Shown piece by piece: positions 50,552-59,662 of a stretch of 64,000 nucleotides of DNA. The DNA comes from Phycisphaerales bacterium (lineage in GTDB: Bacteria; Planctomycetota; Phycisphaerae; Phycisphaerales; UBA1924), in NCBI GenBank assembly GCA_036261855.1, contig DATAKA010000120.1, positions 35,893 through 99,892 of the forward strand. The letters are read 5' to 3'. A model generated the notes under the pieces. That model saw only the letters and a list, made by a program, of their open reading frames with translations. It was not told the DNA's origin and did no database searches. How positions within the stretch are numbered: position 1 is the first letter of the stretch; the number at the start of each line of letters is the position of its first letter. The position numbers and the translations under genes are program-made.

Positions 50552-51183
50552 GTACGCTCCACGTCAACCTGCTCCCGCAGAAGCGCATCGGTGCGATCGC
50601 CGCCGTCCGTCTGGCGCGTTGGTGGGTGCTCGGGAGCGTTATCTACTGCACGGTGGCGTTTGTGCTCGCCGGCGCTTACTCGCTCGGCGTGTCACGCCGT
50701 GGCGCTGGGAATGACAACTCTGCCGTCATCGCCGCGCGCCTGGAGGCCAAGCGGGCCGAGAAGCAGACGCTGACGGGGCGCGTGACGGACCTGCGCAAGC
50801 GGGTCGATGCCGCCCGTGCGGTCGGACACCACCCGGACTGGAGTGTCTTCCTGCGGCACCTGGCGCTGGCCCGCCCGGCGTCACTCATCATGGACCGCTG
50901 TGAACTCAAGCGCGTCGAGACCACCACGCGCACCCCGGCCAAGGACGGCAAGCCGGAAACCAGCACGACGTCCACCCGCCTGGTGCTGGTCATCACCGGC
51001 CTCGCGGAACAGATTGGTGATGTGCACGCGTTCGTCGGTCAGGTCGAGGGTGCCGGTGTGTTCGACGCCGTCCGCGTGGGCGAGACCAGTGTTGTGCCAC
51101 CCACCAGCCCGGGTCAGCCGACGCTCACGCGGTACACCATCCAGTGCGAGCTCTCTGAGCCGCAGGAAGGGGTGGAACAGTGA
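50548..51183 (+). CDS. pilN: PilN-like bitopic assembly protein
   Basis: VNLLPQKR motif, one TM segment, a coiled coil and a ferredoxin-like C-terminus. ATGA overlap with pilM. Confidence 0.65.
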   Translation: MSTLHVNLLPQKRIGAIAAVRLARWWVLGSVIYCTVAFVLAGAYSLGVSRRGAGNDNSAVIAARLEAKRAEKQTLTGRVTDLRKRVDAARAVGHHPDWSVFLRHLALARPASLIMDRCELKRVETTTRTPAKDGKPETSTTSTRLVLVITGLAEQIGDVHAFVGQVEGAGVFDAVRVGETSVVPPTSPGQPTLTRYTIQCELSEPQEGVEQ

Positions 51184-51821
51184 AGACCGCCGAAGCACCA
51201 CACGGTGTGAGCGCATCCATGCTTGTGCACGCCGCGGGCGTGGCGGTGCTCATCGTCGTGACGCTGGGTCTGCACTTTGCGCTGGTTGCGCCGGCGCACC
51301 ACGAGCGGGCGGCCCGCGCGGCCCGCGTGCAGCAGGCGGCCCAGGACGTCCAGGACCTCAAGGTTCTGGAGGACCACACCCTCGCGCTCGAGCGATTGTC
51401 CGGCTCGCTGGAGAGCAAGCTTGTCGACACCGTCGAGTTGCGTCCGGTGGACCAGTTGAACAAGCAGGTCGCGGCCGTCAGCCAGTTGGTCGAGGAGCAG
51501 AACCTGCACGTCACGCGGGTGGACCCCGGCGACGCCCAGGTCACCCCGCGGTACACGCTCGTGCCGATCCGGGTGGCTGGTCAGGGCACCTTCGCGGACG
51601 TCGTGAGCTTCCTGCACGAGTTGCACTCGGTTTCCAAGGACACCGAGGTGCGCGCGTTCGCCGTGCACGCGGACCCCAAGGCATCTTCGGACCTTGTCAC
51701 ATTCGAGCTGTCCCTGGGGTGGTACGCCGTGGAGGGGCCGTCATCACGGGCGTTGGCAAGGCCTGCCGGTGGTGCGGGGCGTGCGGATTCCACCGTCGCC
51801 GATGTGCCCGAAAGCCGCTGA
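51180..51821 (+). CDS. pilO: PilO/GspM-like bitopic assembly protein
   Basis: One TM segment, a coiled coil, and a C-terminal IRVAGQGTFADVVSFLHELHS block. GTGA overlap with pilN. Confidence 0.55.
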   Translation: MKTAEAPHGVSASMLVHAAGVAVLIVVTLGLHFALVAPAHHERAARAARVQQAAQDVQDLKVLEDHTLALERLSGSLESKLVDTVELRPVDQLNKQVAAVSQLVEEQNLHVTRVDPGDAQVTPRYTLVPIRVAGQGTFADVVSFLHELHSVSKDTEVRAFAVHADPKASSDLVTFELSLGWYAVEGPSSRALARPAGGAGRADSTVADVPESR

Positions 51822-51862
51822 ATCGGGTTGACACCGGGACCGGCGTTCTGCCTAGTTGGTGC

Positions 51863-52435
51863 GTGGAACTCACCAACCGTCACAAGCTGTTGCTCGGAGT
51901 CGTCGGCGTCGGCGTGGCTGCCGTCGCGGTGGACCGCTTCGTGCTCTCTGACTCCGCACCCAGCGCTGCCACCGCCGCCGTGGTCCACGCCGTTGCGGCT
52001 TCGCCCGCACCGTCCGCGCCTACTCCCGCTGTTGCGGACGGCGCTGCCGACAGGCTCCAGCGGCTTGCCGAGGTGCTCCCGACTTCAACGCCCGAGAATG
52101 ACGGCATGGTCGCTGGCGCCATGACCGCGCCCCTGAACTGGCTGCCGGACACGCAGCGCAAGGCCGTCGAGCAGCAGACCGGTCGCGTGTCCCGCGAGGG
52201 CGAGCTTGCCGAGCGGTTCCACCTCACCAGCGTGTTCACCGCCGGCGGCGGGTATGCGACCATCAGTGGGGAGAAAGTCGCGGTCGGCGCCACCAGCGAC
52301 AGGCTGGGCATCAAGCTGCTGGCGATTGTCCCGCCCGCGCACCGCACGCCCGGCGCGGCGATCGTCGAGTACCGCGGCCAGGAAGTGCGCCTCACCACGG
52401 GGTACGCAAAGCTCAAACATAGTGGAAACCCTTAG
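51863..52435 (+). CDS. Small single-TM protein in the PilP/GspC position
   Basis: GTG start, a TM segment (LLLGVVGVGVAAVAV), an Ala/Pro linker, and a C-terminal beta-rich segment (ATISGEKVAVG...IVEYRGQEVRL). The function is inferred from gene position only. Confidence 0.4.
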   Translation: MELTNRHKLLLGVVGVGVAAVAVDRFVLSDSAPSAATAAVVHAVAASPAPSAPTPAVADGAADRLQRLAEVLPTSTPENDGMVAGAMTAPLNWLPDTQRKAVEQQTGRVSREGELAERFHLTSVFTAGGGYATISGEKVAVGATSDRLGIKLLAIVPPAHRTPGAAIVEYRGQEVRLTTGYAKLKHSGNP

Positions 52436-52620
52436 AAGTGAGGGTCCGAACCCGTACCCGGTGCAGGGAGGTTCCGTTTATTCCGGCCTAAAGGCAGGGG
52501 AATCCCGGCTGGACGCTGCGCCGCTCCCCGAAGTCGGCGATCGAGGCGGTCGATGTTTTCCTCATGCTCGCCCTGAAGGTCGGGCGATCAGCAACGTCCG
52601 GAAGCGTCACGGAGGAACTC

Positions 52621-53109
52621 ATGACATCTGCCCGCACACTGGCCCGCCGCGGCTTCAGCCTGATCGAGCTGGTGATCGTGATCGTGATCATCGGCATCAT
52701 CGCCGCCATCGCGATTCCGCGCATGAGCCGCGGCGCTGAAGGCGCGAACGACTCGGCCCTCAAGGCCAACCTCGCGGTGCTCCGCAGCGCGATCGACCTG
52801 TACCACACCGAGCACGAAGGGCTGTACCCGACGGAGGCGAATATCGTTGCCCAGCTCACCACCTACACCGACTCTGCCGGTGCCGCTCAAGCAACCGCCG
52901 ACACAACCCACATCTATGGCCCATACCTGAGCGTGGTCCCGCCGCTTCCCGTGAACACGCCCCGGAAGGGCGGCAATCTGATCGCCGCCGCCGATGCCGC
53001 AAACGTCGGTTGGATCTACGACGTCTCCGCAGACGGCCGCTCGTACACGATCAAGGCCAACACAACGACCGAGACCGACGTCAAGGGCGTGCTCTACACA
53101 GCCTACTGA
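52621..53109 (+). CDS. gspG: Major pseudopilin, GspG/PulG-like
   Basis: RRGFSLIELVIVIVIIGIIAAIAIPR (Glu at +5), then ...ANLAVLRSAIDLYHTEH. GGAGGA RBS 7 nt upstream. Confidence 0.85.
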   Translation: MTSARTLARRGFSLIELVIVIVIIGIIAAIAIPRMSRGAEGANDSALKANLAVLRSAIDLYHTEHEGLYPTEANIVAQLTTYTDSAGAAQATADTTHIYGPYLSVVPPLPVNTPRKGGNLIAAADAANVGWIYDVSADGRSYTIKANTTTETDVKGVLYTAY

Positions 53110-53198
53110 GTTGACTTCTTCTGCATGAGCACCACGCCCGCGGACTCCGACGTCTGCGGGCGTTGTTCATCCCGGGTCTTCCCCACGGAGTTCCACGC

Positions 53199-53819
53199 AT
53201 GGCACGCAGGGCATTCTCGCTGCTGGAGCTGACCATCGTGGTCGTCATCCTGGCCGCCGCGGCGGTCATCGCGGCGCCGCGCGTGTTCGGCACCACCAGC
53301 CGCGCCCGGCTCCAGGCCGCGGCCCAGCGGCTCGCGCAGGATATCGAGGCGACGCGCGAGCGCGCCCGGACCGTGGGCGTGTACCAGACCATGTGCTTCA
53401 GCACCGAGGGGTACACCATCGTGCAACGCACACCCTCGGCAGAGGAGAAGGTGAGCACGCTGCTGAACGATGACCCATACCACGCCAGCATCGGATGGGT
53501 CGTGCTCAGAAGCGGGTCGGAGCTGTCCTTTGACGGCTTCGGTGTGCCCAGCACCGCCGCGATGATCAAGGTGACCAACGGAACGGACGCGTACCTCGTC
53601 AGCGTCAACGCCGGCACCGGGAATGTCGGTGTGTCGGCCCGCGCAACCGACCCCCAGGCCGACACCGCAAAGGCAGCGGAGACACCGGTGGCGATCGTGG
53701 ACGACGTGACGGGGATCACCCCGACGCCGCGGGCCAACGTGAAGGTCCGCTTCGGCGTGATCAACATCGAGCTCGATACAACGGTGACCAATGTCATCGA
53801 AGCCGTGGAGCCCGACTGA
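53199..53819 (+). CDS. Minor pseudopilin, GspH/FimT-like
   Basis: RRAFSLLELTIVVVILAAAAVIAAP, then AAQRLAQDIEATRERA. Confidence 0.65.
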   Translation: MARRAFSLLELTIVVVILAAAAVIAAPRVFGTTSRARLQAAAQRLAQDIEATRERARTVGVYQTMCFSTEGYTIVQRTPSAEEKVSTLLNDDPYHASIGWVVLRSGSELSFDGFGVPSTAAMIKVTNGTDAYLVSVNAGTGNVGVSARATDPQADTAKAAETPVAIVDDVTGITPTPRANVKVRFGVINIELDTTVTNVIEAVEPD

Positions 53820-53822
53820 GCA

Positions 53823-54890
53823 GTGCGCACCAACCGATCCAACGCCTTCACGCTCATCGAGACGGTGCTCAGCCTGGGCATCGTCGGGGTCATCGCCGTG
53901 TCGATGACGTCGATCATGATGCTGACGAGCCGCGCGATGCCGAGTGTCGGCGACGTGGACGTCGTCAACGTGTCCTCGCGCGAGGTCGCGTCCCGTATCG
54001 CGTCGGAGCTCGCCGGTGCCACGTCCATCACCGGCCTGTCGGCTCATTCCGTCACCTTCACCATCCCGGACCGCGACAACGACGGCCTTGAGGAAACGTT
54101 CCGGTACGGCTGGAGCGGCACAGCCGGTGACCCCCTCGTGTGGACGTACAACGGCGGGTCGGCAATCACGGTCGCGAGCAACGTCCAGGACTTCACCCTC
54201 TTTGCCGAGTCGGCGACCGTGACACAGGCGGCGACCGGCCCCAGCGCGTGGGGGCCCGAGGTGATCCTGCACGAACAGCTCGCGCCGCCGACCACGAACC
54301 TGACTATCAGCGGTCTCAACCGCGCCGCGCACTACTTCAAGCCCGACTTCCCGGCCGGCACCACCGGCTGGACGGTGACGCGCGCGTCGCTCAAAATGCG
54401 CCGCGCGGGCAGCGCGACCGCCGCGCCCGTGCTCCGGGTGTCCTTTGTTTCGCCGGGTGTCACGGGCACGCCGGACCTTGGGGCGTTCCAGCTCACGATG
54501 GGTGATACGTCCACAGTGGCCAACGCGACCCAGTGGTTCACGGTGGCGTACACCTGCGCCACAACGCCCACCTATCCGATCTCGCAGGGGCTGTTCCTCT
54601 ACGTTGCCCCGACGACGGGCACAACCACCTCCACCGCGGCGGATGTTGGCGTCACCGCGGGTGTCGCGAACTACCCGAGCTACTACTGCACCACGAACAC
54701 CGCGCTCATCGTGTGGAACACGGACTACGACGACGGCCTGGGGTGCACCATCTGGGGCAAGTTCTACGGGCCCACCACCACGACAACCACCGCGCAGCGA
54801 TACACGCGGGCGGAGGTCCGCACGAAGATTGGCAGCGCGGACAGCACCACAGCCTCGGCGCAACTCCTGAACCGTCCGCTCGCACCATGA
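53823..54890 (+). CDS. Large minor pseudopilin (prepilin-type N-terminus) with a poly-Thr tract
   Basis: NAFTLIETVLSLGIVGVIAV N-terminus, and a GPTTTTTTAQ tract near the C-terminus. Confidence 0.65.
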   Translation: MRTNRSNAFTLIETVLSLGIVGVIAVSMTSIMMLTSRAMPSVGDVDVVNVSSREVASRIASELAGATSITGLSAHSVTFTIPDRDNDGLEETFRYGWSGTAGDPLVWTYNGGSAITVASNVQDFTLFAESATVTQAATGPSAWGPEVILHEQLAPPTTNLTISGLNRAAHYFKPDFPAGTTGWTVTRASLKMRRAGSATAAPVLRVSFVSPGVTGTPDLGAFQLTMGDTSTVANATQWFTVAYTCATTPTYPISQGLFLYVAPTTGTTTSTAADVGVTAGVANYPSYYCTTNTALIVWNTDYDDGLGCTIWGKFYGPTTTTTTAQRYTRAEVRTKIGSADSTTASAQLLNRPLAP

Positions 54891-55429
54891 GTATCAACGC
54901 TGACAACTCGAGCCGCCGCCGCGGCCGCGCAGGCCTCACGCTCGTGGAGGCCGTGCTGAGCCTGCTGGTGCTCGCGGTGCTGGCCACCGCCTCGCTCTCC
55001 GCCATCTCCCAGTCCCGCGCCGCACGGCTGGCGGTGGACGAGCAGTCCATGGGGAGTGCGCTGGCGCGGTCGCTCCTGAGCGAGATCGCGGCCCTGCCCT
55101 CCATGGAGAGCGCCTCGACGACCATCGGCGTGGACGGCGGTGAGAACGCGTCGGACCGGACGACGTTCGACGACGTCGACGACTTTAACGGCTTCTCGGA
55201 GTCACCCTGCATCGCGCTGGATGGGAAAGTGATCGACGGTACGGACGCCTGGCAGCGGTCGGTCGTGGTCGCGTGGGTGTCTGTGAGCGCGACCACAACC
55301 ACGACAACATCCGACACCGGCCTCAAGCGGGTATGGGTCACGGTGAGCCACAACGGGCGCGCTGTCACGCGCCTCTCCGCGCTGCGGGGCAAGGCGTGGG
55401 ACGACATGCTGACCGCGGGAGGGCTGTAG
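54887..55429 (+). CDS. Minor pseudopilin (prepilin-type N-terminus) with a poly-Thr tract
   Basis: RAGLTLVEAVLSLLVLAVLA (Glu at +5), SATTTTTTSDTG, and an ATGA overlap with the upstream gene. Confidence 0.65.
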   Translation: MSINADNSSRRRGRAGLTLVEAVLSLLVLAVLATASLSAISQSRAARLAVDEQSMGSALARSLLSEIAALPSMESASTTIGVDGGENASDRTTFDDVDDFNGFSESPCIALDGKVIDGTDAWQRSVVVAWVSVSATTTTTTSDTGLKRVWVTVSHNGRAVTRLSALRGKAWDDMLTAGGL

Positions 55430-55430
55430 T

Positions 55431-56816
55431 GTGAAGCACCGCAACGGGTCGGTCTACATCTTCGTGCTGGGCTCCTGCACGCTCGCCGCCGCCGCGGGCA
55501 TCACGGCCGTCACGCTCCACCGTCAGCGGCTGGAACGCGTCCGGCTCAGCGTGCAGGCGCAGGCGGCCCGTGCCGATGCACAGTCCGCGCTCGAGTTCGC
55601 GACCGCCGTGATCGGCCAGGACCCCGCCGGCACGACGTGGCGGTCGAGCAGCACCCTGGCGTTCGCCGACAAGCGGTACTTCGGGCCCGGCGCAAGTGAT
55701 ATCAGCATCGCCCTCACGGACCCGGGCGACAACGACCTCACCGACTCCAACCTCGACCCCATCATCATCACTGTCGCCGCCGCCAACGGGCCCTGCGAGC
55801 AGGCCTACGAGATGACGCTGACCCCGGGCCTCACGCCACTGTCGTGCCTGAACTTTGCGGTCGTCGTGGCGGGCACGCTGACCAAGAGCGGCACCGCGGA
55901 TGTTTATACGTCCGGCACTGTTTCAACCGGGAAGGCGTGGGAAGTGGACTCAGACACCAAGCCCGACGCCCTGGCGACGTTCCAGACAGCGCAGGTTGCA
56001 CCGGCGGATACCGGAGCGCCGGTCATGGTCTGGCGCATGGCTGGTGGTGGCACCACGACCACGCTGACGACAACAACGTCGGGCACCTCCGGGCTCACGC
56101 TCACAGAAACCGGTAGCGACAGCAAGGCGAGCGGTCAACGCACCGGCGTGACGTTCGACGCGGCGACGATGGAGGCGATGATCCCGAACGCGACGGACTC
56201 GTTCAAGCACTACGCGTCCATCGGAACCACCATCGCGTACTCAAGCCTGGGAGGGGAACTCCGCAATACGGTCCTGTCACCAAACCGCAACCCCTACGGC
56301 GCCACCAACGCCCAAGGGGTGTACGTCATCGATTGTGGCGGCGGTGCCATCACCATCCGCGACTGCCGCGTGCACGGCACACTCGTGATTCTGAATGCCG
56401 GATCCGGGTCCGTCATCCGGGACGGAGTCTGCATCGAGCCCACGTCCGAGGCGCTTCCCGCATTGATGGTGCAGGGCAGTGTGCAGTTCGACATGGTGTC
56501 GACCGACATCGCCGAGTCCTCCTTGGCCGTCAACCTCAACCCGGCTACGGCCCCGTACGCGGGAGTGTCTGATTCGGACACGTCCGACGTGTACCCGTCG
56601 TGGATCAAGGGCCTCACATATGTTTCCGGGAGCATGACAGTGAACTCCGGGAGCACCACGATCCGCGGCATGCTGGCTGTCCGGGGCAACCTCACCTTGG
56701 CCGCGAACACCCAGCTCCGTGTGCGCTATGCCAAGCCCAGCCAGCCCGTGCCCGGCTTTGCACGGATCACCGGCATGAGCCTGACACCAGGAAGCCTGAA
56801 GCGTGTGGTGAACTAG
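55431..56816 (+). CDS. GspK/PilX-like large minor pseudopilin lacking Glu5
   Basis: N-terminal hydrophobic GSVYIFVLGSCTLAAAAGITAV without Glu at +5, as in GspK. Contains GGGTTTTLTTTTSG and a beta-helix-like C-terminal half. Confidence 0.5.
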   Translation: MKHRNGSVYIFVLGSCTLAAAAGITAVTLHRQRLERVRLSVQAQAARADAQSALEFATAVIGQDPAGTTWRSSSTLAFADKRYFGPGASDISIALTDPGDNDLTDSNLDPIIITVAAANGPCEQAYEMTLTPGLTPLSCLNFAVVVAGTLTKSGTADVYTSGTVSTGKAWEVDSDTKPDALATFQTAQVAPADTGAPVMVWRMAGGGTTTTLTTTTSGTSGLTLTETGSDSKASGQRTGVTFDAATMEAMIPNATDSFKHYASIGTTIAYSSLGGELRNTVLSPNRNPYGATNAQGVYVIDCGGGAITIRDCRVHGTLVILNAGSGSVIRDGVCIEPTSEALPALMVQGSVQFDMVSTDIAESSLAVNLNPATAPYAGVSDSDTSDVYPSWIKGLTYVSGSMTVNSGSTTIRGMLAVRGNLTLAANTQLRVRYAKPSQPVPGFARITGMSLTPGSLKRVVN

Positions 56817-56828
56817 CCCCGCAGTTGA

Positions 56829-58364
56829 TCATGCCGCCTGCCGATCGCCCGCGGCCTCCGCCGCGTGCCGCAGCGTCATCTCGTCGTACAGGCCCAGGTC
56901 CAGGCGGACCATGAGCATCGCCAGGCGCGGATCGAGCTGTGAGCCGCCGCACCGGGCGATCTCGCCCAGCACGTGGTCGCGCGTCAGCTTCTTGCGGTAG
57001 GAGCGGTCGCTGCTCATCGCGTCGAACGTGTCGGCGACGGCGATAATGCGGGCCATGAGCGGGATGTTCTCTCCCGACAGACCGTGGGGATAGCCGCGCC
57101 CGTCGTACCGCTCGTGGTGGTGCATCACCCCGGGCAGCACGTCCTTCAGTTGCGGCACCGGCAGCAGGATGCGGTGCCCGATCTCCGGGTGCAGCTTGAT
57201 GGCGCCGAACTCTTCATCGGTGAGGCGCCCGGGCTTGGTCAGCACCGCGTCCGGCACGCCGATCTTGCCGACGTCGTGCACGAGCCCCGCGATGCGGACG
57301 CGCTCGGCGTCCTCCACGGACATGCCCGCGGCCTCCGCCAACTGCCACGATACGATCGAAACGCGCTCGGAATGACCGCAGGTGTACCGGTCCTTCGCGT
57401 CGATCGCGCCGGTGATCGCCTGCAGCGTGCCCATGAAGAGCTGCTTCTGGTCGTCGTAGAGGGCCACGTTCTCGAGGAACGTCGCAAGGAAGCCGCCGCA
57501 CGCCTCGAAGAGCTGTGTGTCGTAGCTGCTCACCATCGGGTCAGGGCCGGTCTTGCCACCGGCGGCGAGAACGCCCACCACACGCCCCCGGAGCATCAGC
57601 GGCTGGCTGATCACCTGCCCGGGCGTCGTGCCCAGGCCAAGCACCCTGTCGTGGATGGTGACGGCTTCGCCCGCACCCTTGGCAAACCCCAGCAGCGCCC
57701 TGCGGCAGGACGACAGATCGGTCGACACGTCGCCATCCACCGCCGTCACATTCCGCAGGCCCAGCGGGATCTCGCCCGACCCCTCAAAGCAGGCCGCGAC
57801 CCACGAGAAGTTCATCACGCTGCGCGTGCGGGCGCACAGCGAGCCCAGAAACTCGCGGGGAGTGTTGGGATGCCCCATCGAACGGCCCAGCGTGTACAGC
57901 AGATCGATGGTGTCGTACGCGTGGGCGAGCTGCCCCGTGAAGTTCTCGATGTCGCCCGCGTGCCGCTGGCTGGCGTGCAGGTCCAGCATGCTCGCGCGCA
58001 GCATTGCGAAGACATGGGGCGCATCGGTCTGGGCGAACCGGGTGACCACGTCGGTGGCGTCCCCCGCCAGGAAGACGGGTGCGACCACCAGTGTTGCGCC
58101 CAGATCGTCCTGCAACGGCACGAAGCCGACGCTCACGCCCGGCGCAACCTGAGTCACCCCGTCGTCACGCCCTTGGAATGCTCGCGCTACAGCCGCGCGC
58201 AACGGCTCATCGCGGAGCACGCCGGCCGCCGGCGTGTCCTCGGCGTGCACGTCCACCACGCGACCGGCGCTGGTCATGACAAACGCAGGGATCCGGAGCT
58301 CGGCGCATCGCGCGAGCGCCGCCTGAACGCTGTGGTACACCGGGCTGCCTTGTTCGGGGAGCAT
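56829..58364 (-). CDS. GAF-domain HD-GYP phosphodiesterase (c-di-GMP-specific family)
   Basis: HDVGKIGVPD ... HHERYDGRGYP ... VADTFDAMSSDRSYRK. Confidence 0.9.
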   Translation of the reverse strand: MLPEQGSPVYHSVQAALARCAELRIPAFVMTSAGRVVDVHAEDTPAAGVLRDEPLRAAVARAFQGRDDGVTQVAPGVSVGFVPLQDDLGATLVVAPVFLAGDATDVVTRFAQTDAPHVFAMLRASMLDLHASQRHAGDIENFTGQLAHAYDTIDLLYTLGRSMGHPNTPREFLGSLCARTRSVMNFSWVAACFEGSGEIPLGLRNVTAVDGDVSTDLSSCRRALLGFAKGAGEAVTIHDRVLGLGTTPGQVISQPLMLRGRVVGVLAAGGKTGPDPMVSSYDTQLFEACGGFLATFLENVALYDDQKQLFMGTLQAITGAIDAKDRYTCGHSERVSIVSWQLAEAAGMSVEDAERVRIAGLVHDVGKIGVPDAVLTKPGRLTDEEFGAIKLHPEIGHRILLPVPQLKDVLPGVMHHHERYDGRGYPHGLSGENIPLMARIIAVADTFDAMSSDRSYRKKLTRDHVLGEIARCGGSQLDPRLAMLMVRLDLGLYDEMTLRHAAEAAGDRQAA

Positions 58365-58374
58365 CGTTCCTCCT

Positions 58375-58809
58375 TCAGGCGGCCTGCGAGGCGTTCTCGC
58401 TCAGCATCGCGCGGACCTTGTCCAGCAACTGCTGCCCGGCGAAGGGCTTGCCCATCACAGAGCGGATGTTCGACTGCGCGACCTCATCCTGGTTCAGGAT
58501 GTAGCCTCGGGCGGTCAGCATGAGCACCGGCACGCGGCTTGTGGGCGCAAACGCCCGCAGCTTGACGGCCATCTCGATGCCCGACATGATCGGCATCTGC
58601 AGGTCGGTCACCACCAGCGCGGGCACGATCGGCACCGCCACCCGCGGCGTCGCTCCGGGCGGGAGCGCCGAAGGGTCGCAGCAGCAGTACCCCTCCAGCC
58701 CGTTGCGCGCATCCACCACCTCAAAGCCCGCGTTCCGCAGTTTCATGGCAACCAACTGGCGGATGGACGCCTCGTCGTCGCAGATCAGGATGGTGGGACC
58801 GGTACCCAT
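58375..58809 (-). CDS. Receiver-only (CheY-like) response regulator with a Cys-rich insertion
   Basis: ILICDDE, VVTDLQMP (phospho-acceptor Asp) and LMLTARG. It has an atypical roughly 20-aa insertion, YCCCDPSALPPGATPRVAVPIVP. A 10-nt gap separates it from the HD-GYP gene. Confidence 0.85.
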   Translation of the reverse strand: MGTGPTILICDDEASIRQLVAMKLRNAGFEVVDARNGLEGYCCCDPSALPPGATPRVAVPIVPALVVTDLQMPIMSGIEMAVKLRAFAPTSRVPVLMLTARGYILNQDEVAQSNIRSVMGKPFAGQQLLDKVRAMLSENASQAA

Positions 58810-58952
58810 CGGTCCATGACTATCGAATAACCGCGTCCGCGCCTTGATGAACGCTCCCGCGACGCGCAGATGTGCATGTTCTAGGACCGCGCACGATGCG
58901 CCACCCTCCCATACTCTCAACGCACTGACATCGTGTCCCACCCGAAAGCGCC

Positions 58953-59657
58953 ATGAACCGCATGCCCGTGACGCAGCCCGTTGCGCTCGACCCAGATTTT
59001 CTCAGCAAAGTCGCCGCCGCGCTGTACCCAGACCTGGGACCGATATCCCGTGCCAAGGCGAAGTACCGCCCGTACATCTGCCCTTTCCATGTGGTGCTGC
59101 CGCTGGTGCCCACCGGTTCGAGCGTGCTGGACATTGGCTGCGGCAATGGCCTGCTGCTCGGCTTGCTCGCGGTGACCGGCAAGGTCCGGGAGGGCGCGGG
59201 CTACGACTTGTCTGAAGCAGCGGTAGTGCAGGCCCGAGACATGGCCAGTTCAATCAACACCGGCGCGACACTGACGTTCTACGTGGGAGATTCGCCCGCG
59301 TGCGTGCCCGTGCCCGGGGGCGGGGGCGGGGGTGACTTTGACGTGGTGATGATGGTGGATGTGCTGCACCACGTGCCGCCGGCGCACCAGGCGGGGTTCT
59401 TTGAGGCCGCAGCGTCGCGGGTACGCCCCGGGGGGCTCCTCATCTACAAGGACATGGTGAACTTCCCCGATTGGCGCGCGTACACGAACGTGATGCACGA
59501 CATCGTGCTCGCCGGGCAGCGCTCGCGCTACGCCCCGACGTCCTCCGTCGAGCAATGGGCGGAGCGTGCAGGGCTGACTACCCGCGAACGCGGCCGGTTT
59601 GATATGCTGTGGTACGGGCACGAACTCCGGGTGTTTGAGAGACCACCGAAGGACTGA
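58953..59657 (+). CDS. Class I SAM-dependent methyltransferase
   Basis: VLDIGCGNG motif I and DVVMMVDVLHHV. Confidence 0.8.
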   Translation: MNRMPVTQPVALDPDFLSKVAAALYPDLGPISRAKAKYRPYICPFHVVLPLVPTGSSVLDIGCGNGLLLGLLAVTGKVREGAGYDLSEAAVVQARDMASSINTGATLTFYVGDSPACVPVPGGGGGGDFDVVMMVDVLHHVPPAHQAGFFEAAASRVRPGGLLIYKDMVNFPDWRAYTNVMHDIVLAGQRSRYAPTSSVEQWAERAGLTTRERGRFDMLWYGHELRVFERPPKD

Positions 59658-59662
59658 ATCGG

